Shown one piece after another: positions 1 to 9,328 of a stretch of 26,767 bases of DNA (positions within the stretch are counted from its first letter, which is position 1; the number at the start of each line of letters is the position of its first letter). The position numbers and the translations under genes are program-made. Below the pieces are notes generated by a model. It saw only the letters and a list, made by a program, of their open reading frames with translations. It made no database searches and was not told where the DNA came from. The stretch lies in assembly GCA_947632165.1 (NCBI GenBank), contig CANROI010000001.1:1-26767 (forward strand), given 5' to 3'. The stretch is from an uncultured Clostridia bacterium. GTDB lineage: Bacteria; Bacillota; Clostridia; Christensenellales; Borkfalkiaceae.

Positions 1-25
1 GTTTTACGGAAGGACGTACTTTCAT
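1..25 (-). CDS. rpmJ: 50S ribosomal protein L36, 5' end only (runs off the window)
   Basis: Minus strand reads ATG AAA GTA CGT CCT TCC GTA AAA = MKVRPSVK, the typical L36 N-terminus. A GAGAGG SD lies upstream and the position after infA is as expected. Not in the ORF track. Confidence 0.9.
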
Positions 26-203
26 TTTGATTTACCTCTCGAATTTAATGCCGTTTCCGGCGGAAATAATCTTGTGGATCCTTGCAGGGACAGCAAGGGA
101 AACTTATGTGCTCCCCGATCGCGTCCGCGAGCAAAATCACACTTTTGCGCTACGCTTTGGGCGGCAGGGACCGCCGCAAAGCCCGTCGGCGAGGCCACGC
201 CTC

Positions 204-261
204 CTGTCGCGGCGTTGTTCACAGCGCACTGCGCTGTTGAACAGAAGCAACGCTGCTCCAC
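204..261. repeat. 58-bp hairpin-forming direct repeat, copy 1
   Basis: ctgtcgcggcgttgttcacagcgcactgcgctgttgaacagaagcaacgctgctccac; 52/58 identical to 347-404; internal inverted repeat TGTTCA-CAGCGC...GCGCTG-T-TGAACA. Confidence 0.9.
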
Positions 262-346
262 CCCTGCAGGGGCACCAAGCAAGTTAAGGCAAAAGAGCAC
301 TTTTCGACGGTAGCGCCCGTCGAACACCGCCTCGCTACCAGCTCGG

Positions 347-404
347 CTGTCGCGACGTTGTTCACAGCCCGCAGGGCTGTTGAACAGAAGCAACGCCGCT
401 CCAC
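347..404. repeat. 58-bp hairpin-forming direct repeat, copy 2
   Basis: ctgtcgcgacgttgttcacagcccgcagggctgttgaacagaagcaacgccgctccac; inner stem is CAGCCC-gca-GGGCTG. Confidence 0.9.
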
Positions 405-483
405 ATCACGGAAATCGCTTTCGAACAAGCGGCAAGCACCGCTCGCGGCGCGTGCCACGAAGTGAGCAAGCAATTTCGTGAAC

Positions 484-705
484 TCAGTTCTTGCTTCTCC
501 AGGTGATCCGCCCCTTGGTGAGATCGTAAGGGCTCATTTCGAGCTTTACGCCGTCGCCTTCGATGATGCGGATATAGTTCATGCGCAGCTTTCCCGAAAT
601 GTAGGCGGTGATGATGTGCCCGTTCGAGAGCTGCACTTTGAATGTGGCGTTGGGAAGAGCTTCGAGCACTCTGCCTTCTGCTTCGATGACATCGTCCTTG
701 GACAT
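484..705 (-). CDS. infA: Translation initiation factor IF-1
   Basis: [24 protein letters not shown]...[12 protein letters not shown]...[10 protein letters not shown], typical IF-1; follows map. Confidence 0.98.
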   Translation of the reverse strand: MSKDDVIEAEGRVLEALPNATFKVQLSNGHIITAYISGKLRMNYIRIIEGDGVKLEMSPYDLTKGRITWRSKN

Positions 706-728
706 GATTCCTCCGAAAAATTATTGCT

Positions 729-1472
729 TCAAAGCGTCAGGATCTCGACGCCGTCCTCGCGGATCACGAGGGTGTTTTCGTAGTGCGCGGCGGGTTTTCC
801 GTCGACCGTAACTGCCGTCCAGCCGTCGTCGAGGATCTTCACGCGCCAGCCGCCCGCGGCGATCATCGGCTCCACGCAGATGACCGTTCCCGCTTTCAGC
901 CGCACGCCCGTGCCCTTCTTCCCGTAGTTGGGGACGGCGGGATCTTCGTGCATTTCACGGCCGATCCCATGCCCCGTGTAGGAGCGGATGACGGAAAATC
1001 CGTTTTCCTCCGCATGCCGCTGCACCTTATAGCCGATATCATAGAGGGGGGTGCCCTCTCTCAATCCCTCGATGCCGCGGAAGAAGCACGCTTCGGTGAC
1101 GCGTACGAGTTTGTCTTTTTCGGGGCTCACGCTTCCGATCCGGAAGGTGCGCGCTCCGTCGCCGTGAAATCCGTTCTTGAATGCACAGAGGTCCACACTG
1201 ACGATGTCTCCCTCTTCGAGTACCCGCCCGTCGGGGATCCCGTGTACGACGACCTCGTTGACCGAGACGCATGCCGACGCCGGATAGCCGCAGTAGCCGA
1301 GGCAACTCGGCTCGGCGCCGCTTGCCGTGATGAACTTATAGACCAGCTCATCCACTTCTTTCGTCGTCATACCCGCGCGGATGCGCCCGCCGACGAATTC
1401 GAGGCAATCGTGCACGATGCGGCAGGGCTCGCGCAAGAGGTCGATCTCTTCTTCGCTCTTTACGGTGATCAT
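729..1472 (-). CDS. map: Type I methionine aminopeptidase
   Basis: SVNEVVVHGIP, VDL...GFHGDGART, GHGIG.EMHEDP, EPMI and HYENT metal-ligand motifs; adk-map-infA synteny. Confidence 0.97.
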   Translation of the reverse strand: MITVKSEEEIDLLREPCRIVHDCLEFVGGRIRAGMTTKEVDELVYKFITASGAEPSCLGYCGYPASACVSVNEVVVHGIPDGRVLEEGDIVSVDLCAFKNGFHGDGARTFRIGSVSPEKDKLVRVTEACFFRGIEGLREGTPLYDIGYKVQRHAEENGFSVIRSYTGHGIGREMHEDPAVPNYGKKGTGVRLKAGTVICVEPMIAAGGWRVKILDDGWTAVTVDGKPAAHYENTLVIREDGVEILTL

Positions 1473-1473
1473 A

Positions 1474-2106
1474 TCAGCCCAAACGGTCGAGCACCTGCTT
1501 CACCTCTTCGAAGAGCACCTCCGCAGGCGCCTCCGAACCCGTGAAGTTGATGATGATCCCCTTCTTCGTGTAATAATCGATCAGGGGTGCGGTCTGCTCG
1601 TTGTAGACCGCCAGCCGCGCGCCCACCGTTTCGGGATTGTCGTCCTTCCGCTGGTAGAGCTCGCCGCCGCAGCGCTCGCAGGTCGTCTTGCCGCCGAGCG
1701 TGGAGATGTGATAGCTCTCACCGCACTCCTTGCAGACCCTTCTGCCGCAGAGACGGTCCATGAGGAGCTTGTGATCGATGTTGATGTTGACCACGCCGTC
1801 GATGTGCGCGAACTTGTCGAGTTCCTCCGCCTGGAAGAGGTTGCGGGGGAATCCGTCGAGCAGATATCCCTTCTTGCAGTCCTCCCAGGTGAGGCGGTCC
1901 TTGACGATCGCACAGGTGACCTCGTCCGGGACGAGCTCGCCCTTGTCGATGTACGACTTGGCGAGAAGCCCGATCTCGGTGCCGTTCTTGATGTTCGCAC
2001 GGAAGATGTCCCCCGTCGAAATGTGGACGAGCCCGTAACGATCGGAAATCTTGGTTGCCTGCGTGCCCTTGCCTGCGCCGGGCGCGCCGAGTAGGATCAG
2101 ATTCAT
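1474..2106 (-). CDS. adk: Adenylate kinase with Cys4 (zinc-type) LID
   Basis: GAPGAGKGT P-loop, HISTGDIFR, LDGFPR, LID CKEC...CERC; follows secY. Confidence 0.98.
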   Translation of the reverse strand: MNLILLGAPGAGKGTQATKISDRYGLVHISTGDIFRANIKNGTEIGLLAKSYIDKGELVPDEVTCAIVKDRLTWEDCKKGYLLDGFPRNLFQAEELDKFAHIDGVVNINIDHKLLMDRLCGRRVCKECGESYHISTLGGKTTCERCGGELYQRKDDNPETVGARLAVYNEQTAPLIDYYTKKGIIINFTGSEAPAEVLFEEVKQVLDRLG

Positions 2107-2156
2107 AATTTCCCCCTTATCTTTCTGCTTTCCGTCTTTCGGAACTTCCCGGGGAA

Positions 2157-3464
2157 TTACTTCAGGAAGCCCTTGTAGTTCTTCATCATGATCTGCGACT
2201 GCAGCTGCTTATCGAGCTCGAGCGCCACAGACACGACGATGAGGATACCGGTCGTGGAGAACACGTTGATGAGGTCCACCGTGACGAAACTGAAGATGAA
2301 GGACGGGATGAACGCGACGAGCGCCAGGAAGATCGCGCCGAACAGCGTGATGCGGTTGTGGATCTTCTTGAGATACTGCGCCGTGGGCTTGCCGGGGCGG
2401 ATGCCCTGGATGAAGCCGCCGTTCTGCTGGATGGTCTTGCTCACGTCCTCGGGATTGAACTCGATCTGCGCATAGAAGAACGCAAACGCGAAGATGAGGA
2501 TGACGAGCACGATGACATAGTACCAGGTGCCGCTTGCGAAGTAGGTGTTCCACCATTGAAGCGCGTCGCTCCAGGCGGGGACGAGGCTCATGATCATGCT
2601 CGGGAAGGAGATGATCGCGAACGCAAAGATGAGGGGCATGACGCCGCTCGCCGTGATCTTCATGGGGATCACGGAATTCTGTCCGCCGTACATCTTCGTG
2701 CCGCGCACCTGCTTGGCATACTGCACATGGATCTTGCGTTCCGCGAGGTCGACATAGACGATCGCGAAGAAGATGATCGCAGCAAGCACGAGGAAGCCGA
2801 TCACTTCGAAGAGGGGCGCAACGTTGTTCGCCGTGATGGTGGTGAGCTTTTCGATAATCGCAAGGCCCGCCGTGGAGATGATGCCGACAAAGATGATGAG
2901 GGAGATGCCGTTGCCGACGCCGTAGTCGGTAATGCGCTCGCCGAGCCACATGACGAGCATTGCGCCCGCCGTGTAGATCACCGTCATGTAGATGACCGCA
3001 AGCCAGCCATGATTGTAGAACAGCGCGCCGTTGACGGAAGTGCTGGTGCTCAGATCGAAGCCGCCCATGAGGTTGACGATGATGCCGATCGACTGCACGA
3101 CCGCAAGCACGATCGTGATGATTCGGGTGAGATTGGTGATCTTCTTCTGCCCCTCTTCCCCCTGTTTGCTCCAGCGCTCGAGCGCGGGAATGCCGACCGT
3201 GAGGAGCTGGACGATAATGGACGAGTTGATGTAAGGTCCGATGCCCAGCGCAAAGAGCGTACCGTTGGCAAGCGCGCCGCCGGTGACGCTGCTCATCAGG
3301 TTCAGAAAGTCGTTTTGGGTGATCGCCGCCGAAAACGCAGCCGCCGTGATGCCGGGAACGGGGATATAGCACCCGAGACGGAACACGAACAGCAGGATCA
3401 GCGAAATGAAGATCTTCCTCCGGATATCCTTATTGAGAAAGGCATTTTTCAATGTTTCAAACAT
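2157..3464 (-). CDS. secY: Preprotein translocase subunit SecY
   Basis: Multi-TM protein with LGIGPYINSSIIVQLL, GERITDYGVGNGISLIIF, GGFIQGIRPG, TGILIVVSV; follows rplO. Confidence 0.98.
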   Translation of the reverse strand: MFETLKNAFLNKDIRRKIFISLILLFVFRLGCYIPVPGITAAAFSAAITQNDFLNLMSSVTGGALANGTLFALGIGPYINSSIIVQLLTVGIPALERWSKQGEEGQKKITNLTRIITIVLAVVQSIGIIVNLMGGFDLSTSTSVNGALFYNHGWLAVIYMTVIYTAGAMLVMWLGERITDYGVGNGISLIIFVGIISTAGLAIIEKLTTITANNVAPLFEVIGFLVLAAIIFFAIVYVDLAERKIHVQYAKQVRGTKMYGGQNSVIPMKITASGVMPLIFAFAIISFPSMIMSLVPAWSDALQWWNTYFASGTWYYVIVLVILIFAFAFFYAQIEFNPEDVSKTIQQNGGFIQGIRPGKPTAQYLKKIHNRITLFGAIFLALVAFIPSFIFSFVTVDLINVFSTTGILIVVSVALELDKQLQSQIMMKNYKGFLK

Positions 3465-3520
3465 TTTTTAACTCCTGTTATAGCCGAAGTACACCGCCCG
3501 AAGGCGGTTGAGCGCCAAAG

Positions 3521-3970
3521 TTATTCGACGACTTCCGCCGTGCCGCCCGCTGCCTCGATGGCGGCTTTGGCCTTGGCGGAGAATTTCGCCGCCTTCACGG
3601 TGAGCGAAACGGAGAGTTCGCCATCGCCGAGCACCTTGAGCCCGACATTGTTCTTGACGCTCTTCGCAAGACCGTTCTCCATCACGAAGCCATAGTCCAC
3701 CACGGTGCCCGCGGGAAGCTCGGCAAGCTCGCCGAGATTGACGATGACATACTCCTTGCGGAACTTATTGTGGAAGCCGCGTTTGGGAAGCCTTCTTGCG
3801 ATGGGCATCTGGCCGCCTTCGAAACCGGGACGGACCCCGCCGCCCGAACGCGCCCACTGGCCCTTATGACCCTTGCCGCTCGTCTTGCCGAGACCCGACC
3901 CGATGCCGCGCCCCAGCCGCTTTACGGAAGTTCTTGCTCCCTCTGCGGGAGATAAAGTATCGATTCTCAT
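3521..3970 (-). CDS. rplO: 50S ribosomal protein L15
   Basis: [40 protein letters not shown]. Confidence 0.98.
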   Translation of the reverse strand: MRIDTLSPAEGARTSVKRLGRGIGSGLGKTSGKGHKGQWARSGGGVRPGFEGGQMPIARRLPKRGFHNKFRKEYVIVNLGELAELPAGTVVDYGFVMENGLAKSVKNNVGLKVLGDGELSVSLTVKAAKFSAKAKAAIEAAGGTAEVVE

Positions 3971-3980
3971 TGCTGTCTCC

Positions 3981-4154
3981 TTAAACGTTCTCGACCTTCA
4001 CAAGGTGCGCGACCTTTTTCAGCTGTCCCTGAAGCGTGGCGCTGTCTTCGAAGGTCTTTTCGGAACGGATCTTTTTGAGCCCGAGCGCGGCAATCGTCGC
4101 TTTTACGGACTTCACTTCGCCGATCGGGCTTTTTACAAGCGTTACTTTTACCAT
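3981..4154 (-). CDS. rpmD: 50S ribosomal protein L30 (57 aa, below ORF-track cutoff)
   Basis: Translated by hand: [65 protein letters not shown]; lies between rpsE and rplO. Confidence 0.93.
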   Translation of the reverse strand: MVKVTLVKSPIGEVKSVKATIAALGLKKIRSEKTFEDSATLQGQLKKVAHLVKVENV

Positions 4155-4164
4155 AACATCCTCC

Positions 4165-4683
4165 TTAAGCCAGGATCTCTTCCACGGACTTGCCGCGGAG
4201 ACGGGCGACTTCTTCCGCCGTCTTGAGCGAAGCGAGGCCCTGCACGGTCGCCTTCACACAGTTTACGGGATTCTGCGTCCCGTGGGACTTCGTTCTGATG
4301 TTCTTGATGCCGACTGCCTCCATCACGGCACGGACGGGACCGCCCGCGATCACGCCGGTACCTTCTTCGGCGGGCAGCATGAGCACCGCGCCGCGCCCGA
4401 ATTTTCCGAGGATCTCGTGAGGGATGGTCGTCTCCACGATCGGGACGCGGACGAGATTCTTCTTCGCCGCCTGCGTTGCCTTCTCGATTGCTTCGGGGAC
4501 TTCCTTCGCCTTGCCCTGCCCGTAACCGACCTTGCCGTTGCCGTCGCCGACGACCACGAGCGCCGCGAATCTCATGTTGCGGCCGCCCTTGACCGTCTTG
4601 CTGACGCGGTTGATGCCGATGAGCTTTTTGATGAAACCGTCGTCCTGTTCCTGTTTTCTCTGAGGTCTGTTTTCTCTTGCCAT
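4165..4683 (-). CDS. rpsE: 30S ribosomal protein S5
   Basis: [40 protein letters not shown]. Confidence 0.98.
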   Translation of the reverse strand: MARENRPQRKQEQDDGFIKKLIGINRVSKTVKGGRNMRFAALVVVGDGNGKVGYGQGKAKEVPEAIEKATQAAKKNLVRVPIVETTIPHEILGKFGRGAVLMLPAEEGTGVIAGGPVRAVMEAVGIKNIRTKSHGTQNPVNCVKATVQGLASLKTAEEVARLRGKSVEEILA

Positions 4684-4697
4684 GATCGTCTCTCCTA

Positions 4698-5066
4698 TCA
4701 GAATTTCAGTCCGGCTTCACGCGCGCCGTCCGCGACCGCTTTGACGCGTCCCGTATAGAGGTAACCGCCTCTGTCGAACACGACAGCCTCGATCCCCTTG
4801 TCCTTTGCGCGCTCGCCCGCCGTCTGACCGACGATCTTCGCCGCTTCCGTCTTGGTCTTTCCGGAGATCTTCTCGCGGATCCCCTTCTCAAGCGTGGAGG
4901 CGGACGCAAGGGTGACGCCTTTCACGTCGTCGATGACCTGCACATAGATGTGATTCAGACTTCTGTATACGTTCAGACGGGGCGTCTCCGCCGTGCCCGA
5001 AATGTGCTTCCGGACGCGGGCATGACGGCGCTGTCTGAGCTGATTTTTATCAACTTTCGTTATCAT
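4698..5066 (-). CDS. rplR: 50S ribosomal protein L18
   Basis: [45 protein letters not shown]. Confidence 0.98.
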   Translation of the reverse strand: MITKVDKNQLRQRRHARVRKHISGTAETPRLNVYRSLNHIYVQVIDDVKGVTLASASTLEKGIREKISGKTKTEAAKIVGQTAGERAKDKGIEAVVFDRGGYLYTGRVKAVADGAREAGLKF

Positions 5067-5079
5067 GTTTTACGCTCCT

Positions 5080-5628
5080 TTACTTCTTGCCCTTGCCCGA
5101 AGTCTTGCCTTCCTTATGCTCGACATGTTCGCCCTTGTAGCGGATGCCATAGCCGTGATAGGGTTCGGGAACGCGGATGGCGCGAAGGTCTGCCGCGACC
5201 TGCCCCACCTTCTCCTTGTCGATCCCGCTGACGGTGATCTCCGTCTGCGAGGGGCATTCGAGTTTGATGCCCTCGGGTTCGGCATATTCGATGGGATGGG
5301 AATAACCGACGTTCAGAACGAGCTTGTTGCCCTGTTTTGCGACCTTCCAGCCGACGCCCTTGACCTCGAGGCTCTTCGTGAAGCCTTCGTAAACGCCCTT
5401 CACCATGCCGGCGAGCAGGGATCTGTAGAGACCGTGCAGAGCGCCCGTCTCCTTCTCGTTATTCAGCGCGGTGAGCCGGATGTGCCCGTCTTCGACCTTG
5501 ATCTCGACGGAGCCGCCCATCTTGCGGGACAACGTGCCCTTGGGGCCCTTCACCGTGACGATCTGATTTTCGCATTGCAGGCTGACGCCCGCGGGAACTG
5601 CGATACTCATTTTACCGATTCTCGACAT
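5080..5628 (-). CDS. rplF: 50S ribosomal protein L6
   Basis: Start revised to MSRIGK at 5628 (GGAGGG SD); VKGPKGTL, PEPYHGYGIRY. Confidence 0.96.
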   Translation of the reverse strand: MSRIGKMSIAVPAGVSLQCENQIVTVKGPKGTLSRKMGGSVEIKVEDGHIRLTALNNEKETGALHGLYRSLLAGMVKGVYEGFTKSLEVKGVGWKVAKQGNKLVLNVGYSHPIEYAEPEGIKLECPSQTEITVSGIDKEKVGQVAADLRAIRVPEPYHGYGIRYKGEHVEHKEGKTSGKGKK

Positions 5629-5638
5629 AATTCCCTCC

Positions 5639-6028
5639 TTACCAGACGTAGCAGAGCACTTCGCCGCCGACATTCTGCCGCTTTGCCTGCTTATCCGTCA
5701 TGATTCCCTGATTGGTGGAAACGATCGCGATGCCGAAGCCGCCCAACACTTTGGGCATCTCCTGTGCGCCGCTGTAAGTTCTGAGCCCGGGCTTCGAGAC
5801 GCGCTGCAACCCGCCGATCACCGAACGGCCGTCCGCATACTTGAGCGTGATGACGATCTTGCCGTTGTTGCCTTCTTCGACGTATTCCGCGCCTGCGATA
5901 TATCCCTCGTCGAGAAGGATGCGGGCGATCTCTTTCTTGATGCCCGAAGCGGGGATCTCCACCGTTTCCTTCTTGACCATGAGCGCATTTCTGATTCTTG
6001 TGAGCATATCTGCGATAGGATCTGTCAT
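5639..6028 (-). CDS. rpsH: 30S ribosomal protein S8
   Basis: Start revised to [15 protein letters not shown] at 6028 (AGGAGG SD); [24 protein letters not shown]. Confidence 0.96.
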   Translation of the reverse strand: MTDPIADMLTRIRNALMVKKETVEIPASGIKKEIARILLDEGYIAGAEYVEEGNNGKIVITLKYADGRSVIGGLQRVSKPGLRTYSGAQEMPKVLGGFGIAIVSTNQGIMTDKQAKRQNVGGEVLCYVW

Positions 6029-6039
6029 TTCTTGCCTCC

Positions 6040-6225
6040 TTACCAGCTCGATTTCTTCACGCCGGGGATCTGACCCTTGTAGGCGAGATTGCGGAAACAG
6101 ATACGGCAGATACCGTACTTTCTCAGAACCGCGTGAGGTCTCCCACAGATGGAGCAACGGGTGTATGCTCTCGTGGAAAACTTGGGCTTTCTCTGCTGTT
6201 TATTGATCATTGACTTCTTTGCCAT
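6040..6225 (-). CDS. rpsN: 30S ribosomal protein S14, zinc-binding type Z
   Basis: 61 aa; RCSICGRPH...GICRICFR (two CxxC); ends GVKKSSW. Confidence 0.97.
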   Translation of the reverse strand: MAKKSMINKQQRKPKFSTRAYTRCSICGRPHAVLRKYGICRICFRNLAYKGQIPGVKKSSW

Positions 6226-6235
6226 GTTCTCTTCC

Positions 6236-6892
6236 TCACTTCTTGAAGGGCATTCCGAGCGCTCTCAAAAGCTCTCTCGCTTCTTCGTCCGTCTGCGCCG
6301 TCGTGACGATGCAGACGTCCATACCTCTGATCTTTTCCACCTGATCGTATGTGATCTCGGGGAAGATCAGCTGTTCCTTGAGCCCGACCGCATAGTTGCC
6401 TCTGCCGTCGAACGCAGTTGCGGATACGCCGCGGAAGTCGCGGACGCGGGGAAGCACGATCGACACGAACTTGTCGAAGAAATCGTACATTCTTCTGCCG
6501 CGGAGGGTCACCTTGAGACCGATGTTCATCCCCTCTCTGACTTTGAAGTTTGCGACCGACTTCGTCGCCTTGCAATAGATGGGCTTCTGTCCCGAAATGA
6601 GCGCGAGCTCTTTTTCGATGGTCTGCATGGACTTCTGGTTGTCCTTGATGTCGCCGAGACCCGTGTTGATGACGATCTTCTCGAGCTTGGGGACCTGCAT
6701 GACCGAATGATAGTTGAACTTCTTCATGAGCGCGGGCACGACCTCATCGCGGTACAGTGTCTGCACTCTGCTCGGTTCACGCTTGACCTGTTCTGCCGGA
6801 GCGGATTTCTTCGCGCCCTTCTGAGCGCCCTTCTCCGCCGCGGGCTTCGTCTTCGCCTTTGCGTTTTCCGCAGGCGCCTTTTTCTCTGCCAT
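6236..6892 (-). CDS. rplE: 50S ribosomal protein L5 with Lys/Ala-rich N-terminal extension
   Basis: [43 protein letters not shown]; AAGGAG SD in front of the 6892 ATG. Confidence 0.97.
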   Translation of the reverse strand: MAEKKAPAENAKAKTKPAAEKGAQKGAKKSAPAEQVKREPSRVQTLYRDEVVPALMKKFNYHSVMQVPKLEKIVINTGLGDIKDNQKSMQTIEKELALISGQKPIYCKATKSVANFKVREGMNIGLKVTLRGRRMYDFFDKFVSIVLPRVRDFRGVSATAFDGRGNYAVGLKEQLIFPEITYDQVEKIRGMDVCIVTTAQTDEEARELLRALGMPFKK

Positions 6893-6939
6893 ATTTACTC
6901 CTTACCGTCGGCCTGGTTTTCGCCCGTAACAGCGGACGT

Positions 6940-7371
6940 TTACTCGACGGGTGCCTCCTTGTTGGCTTCTTCGCTCTTTGCGCTGCGCTTTCTCGTCCGC
7001 TTCTTGGGCGCTTCCGTCTTTTCGGGAGCCGGCTCCGCCTTCTTGGCCTTCTTCGCATACGCCTTGTCGAGCACGGCGCCGCACTTCTTGCAGATGCGGA
7101 CCTTCTTGCCGTTCAGCTCGCTGTGGGCGACTCTCGTCGCCTTGCCGCACTTGTCGCAGACGACTTCCACATTGGAAGCGTCGATCGGGCTCTCCTCGGT
7201 GACGATCCTGCTCGTCTCGTTGGACTTTCTCGCCTTCTCATGCTTGTGCACGATGGCGACGCCCTCCACCACGACCGTGTTGTTCTTCGGGAAAGTTGCA
7301 AGAACTTTGCCCTGCTTGCCCTTATATTTGCCCGTCAAAACGAGCACATTGTCGTTTACTTTGATATTCAT
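6940..7371 (-). CDS. rplX: 50S ribosomal protein L24 with basic C-terminal tail
   Basis: KOW-like V.VLTGKYKGKQGKV, E.PIDASNV, two CxxC motifs (CDKC, CKKC); follows rplN. Confidence 0.96.
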   Translation of the reverse strand: MNIKVNDNVLVLTGKYKGKQGKVLATFPKNNTVVVEGVAIVHKHEKARKSNETSRIVTEESPIDASNVEVVCDKCGKATRVAHSELNGKKVRICKKCGAVLDKAYAKKAKKAEPAPEKTEAPKKRTRKRSAKSEEANKEAPVE

Positions 7372-7374
7372 GGC

Positions 7375-7743
7375 TTACAGCACCTCCGGAGCGAGGGATA
7401 TGATCCTCATGTAGTCCTTCTCTCTCAGCTCACGCGCGATGGGCCCGAAGATACGGGTGCCCTTCGGCTGCTTCTGAGCGTCGATGATGACCGCCGCATT
7501 GTCGTCGAAGCGGATGTAGGTACCGTCCGGACGGCGGATGCCCTTTGCGCTTCTCACGATGACCGCCTTCACGACTTCGCCCTTCTTGACCGCGCCGCCG
7601 GGCGTCGCCGTCTTGACCGACGCAACAATCACGTCGCCGATATTGCCGCATCTGCGGAAGGAGCCGCCCAAGACGCGAATACACATCAGCTCTTTTGCGC
7701 CCGAGTTGTCCGCCGCTTTCAGCCTTGTTTGAGGTTGTATCAT
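7375..7743 (-). CDS. rplN: 50S ribosomal protein L14
   Basis: [46 protein letters not shown]. Confidence 0.99.
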   Translation of the reverse strand: MIQPQTRLKAADNSGAKELMCIRVLGGSFRRCGNIGDVIVASVKTATPGGAVKKGEVVKAVIVRSAKGIRRPDGTYIRFDDNAAVIIDAQKQPKGTRIFGPIARELREKDYMRIISLAPEVL

Positions 7744-7765
7744 AGGTCTTTACTCTCCTTATTCC

Positions 7766-8020
7766 TTACTTCGCCTTCTCGACGATCTCGGCGACTCTCC
7801 AATTCTTGTCTTTACTGAGCTTTCTCGTCTCGACGATACGAACCTTGTCGCCCACGCCGCACTCATTGACTTCGTCGTGCGCCTTGAACCGCTTGGTACG
7901 GGTGATCGTCTTCTTGTAGACGGGGTGCTTGCGCTTATCCGTTACCGCAACGACGACCGTCTTATCCATCTTGTCGGATACCACGATGCCGACTCTCTCT
8001 TTTCTCAGATTTCTTTCCAT
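7766..8020 (-). CDS. rpsQ: 30S ribosomal protein S17
   Basis: [41 protein letters not shown] at 8020 preferred over GTG at 8029 because AAGGTG sits at SD distance. Confidence 0.95.
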   Translation of the reverse strand: MERNLRKERVGIVVSDKMDKTVVVAVTDKRKHPVYKKTITRTKRFKAHDEVNECGVGDKVRIVETRKLSKDKNWRVAEIVEKAK

Positions 8021-8030
8021 GTTCGTCACC

Positions 8031-8225
8031 TTATGCCTTTAATTCCCTTGCGCGGAGTTCCGTATTCACTCTCGCGATATCCCGCTTGCAGTTCCGGATG
8101 GACAGGGGATTCTCGAGCTGCCCGGAGGCATGGCGGAAACGGAGATTGAAGAGTTCGCTCTTCAGTTCCTTGAGTTTCTTATTGAGCTCGGTTTCGCTCA
8201 TGTTGTGTAACTCTGTCGCTTTCAT
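8031..8225 (-). CDS. rpmC: 50S ribosomal protein L29
   Basis: [12 protein letters not shown]...ELFNLRF...GQLENP...[11 protein letters not shown]; TGATG overlap with rplP. Confidence 0.97.
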   Translation of the reverse strand: MKATELHNMSETELNKKLKELKSELFNLRFRHASGQLENPLSIRNCKRDIARVNTELRARELKA

Positions 8226-8668
8226 CAGACTTCACCGCCTTCTGCCTTATTTGCCTCAAGCTCTTCCTTCTTGACGAATTTGCACTTGATGGGAAGTTTG
8301 TGACCCGCAAGGCGCATCGCTTCGCGCGCGACGTCCTCAGGCACGCCCGCCATCTCGAACATGACTCTGCCCGGCTTTACGACCGCGACCCAAAATTCCA
8401 CCGCGCCTTTACCGGAACCCATACGGGCTTCCGCGGGGTGGCGGGTGATGGGCTTATGAGGGAAGATGTCGATCCAGACCTGGCCGCCTCTCTTGATGAA
8501 ACGGGTCATTGCGATACGGGCAGCCTCGATCTGGTTGGACTTGATCCAGCCCGCCTCTTCGGCGACGAGACCGTAATCTCCGTATGCGACGAAATTTCCC
8601 TTATGCGCCACGCCCTTCAGGGAACCGCGGTGCTGTTTTCTTCTCTTGACTCTCTTCGGAATTAACAT
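8225..8668 (-). CDS. rplP: 50S ribosomal protein L16
   Basis: Start revised to [15 protein letters not shown] at 8668 (TAATG overlap with rpsC); [18 protein letters not shown]. Confidence 0.97.
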   Translation of the reverse strand: MLIPKRVKRRKQHRGSLKGVAHKGNFVAYGDYGLVAEEAGWIKSNQIEAARIAMTRFIKRGGQVWIDIFPHKPITRHPAEARMGSGKGAVEFWVAVVKPGRVMFEMAGVPEDVAREAMRLAGHKLPIKCKFVKKEELEANKAEGGEV

Positions 8669-9327
8669 TACTTGCCTCCTTCCGCCTTCTTCGCGGCTTT
8701 CAGGACTTCGCCCTTGTAGATCCAGCACTTCACGCCGATCATGCCGAAGGTCGTGTGCGCTTCCGCAAAGCCGTAGTCGATATCGGCGCGCAGCGTCTGA
8801 AGCGGAATGCTGCCGTCGTGATAGTGCTCGCAGCCTGCGATCTCACGGCCGTCGAGACGGCCCGAAACCTGCATCTTGACGCCCTTCACGCCCGCGCGCA
8901 TCGTTCTGCCGATCGCCTGCTTGATGGCTCTTCTGAACGCGATACGCTTCTCGAGCTGCGCCGCAACGCTCTCGGCGACGAGCTGCGCGTCCGCGTCGGG
9001 TTTTCTGACCTCGGTCACGTTGATGATGACCTGCTTCCCGCCCGTGAGCTTGGCAAGGTCCTTCTTGATGACCTCGATCTCCGCGCCGGCCTTGCCGATG
9101 AGCACGCCGGGACGGCCCGTGTGGATGGTGACGACGATCTTGCCCGCCGCCCTCTCGATGAGGATGCGCGAGACTGCCGCCGCATAATACTTCTTTTTGA
9201 GGAACGTGCGGATGTTATAGTCTTCCTTCAGATAAGCGGAAAATTCCTTCTTGTCGGCATACCACTGGGTATCCCAGCCTTTGATTACTCCGACTCTGAG
9301 TCCGTGAGGATTAACTTTTTGTCCCAT
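8668..9327 (-). CDS. rpsC: 30S ribosomal protein S3
   Basis: [15 protein letters not shown] domain [33 protein letters not shown]. Confidence 0.99.
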   Translation of the reverse strand: MGQKVNPHGLRVGVIKGWDTQWYADKKEFSAYLKEDYNIRTFLKKKYYAAAVSRILIERAAGKIVVTIHTGRPGVLIGKAGAEIEVIKKDLAKLTGGKQVIINVTEVRKPDADAQLVAESVAAQLEKRIAFRRAIKQAIGRTMRAGVKGVKMQVSGRLDGREIAGCEHYHDGSIPLQTLRADIDYGFAEAHTTFGMIGVKCWIYKGEVLKAAKKAEGGK

Positions 9328-9328
9328 G

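Noticed and set aside
204-404. CRISPR array interpretation of the repeats here and at 17505-17832
   Set aside because: Only two copies each, units of 55-58 bp with 85-218 bp between them, and no cas genes in the window.
22-473. Short ORFs in the infA-rpmJ spacer, some with a repeated RCFCSTA peptide
   Set aside because: The peptide repeat is just the translation of the 58-bp DNA repeat; no convincing SD or protein similarity.
706-728. Absence of the small KOW-domain gene found between map and infA in some Clostridia
   Set aside because: The gene is patchily distributed, so its absence is unremarkable.
1660-1735. Cys4 LID in adenylate kinase, and CxxC pairs in L24 and S14
   Set aside because: Known zinc-binding variants common in Gram-positive bacteria.
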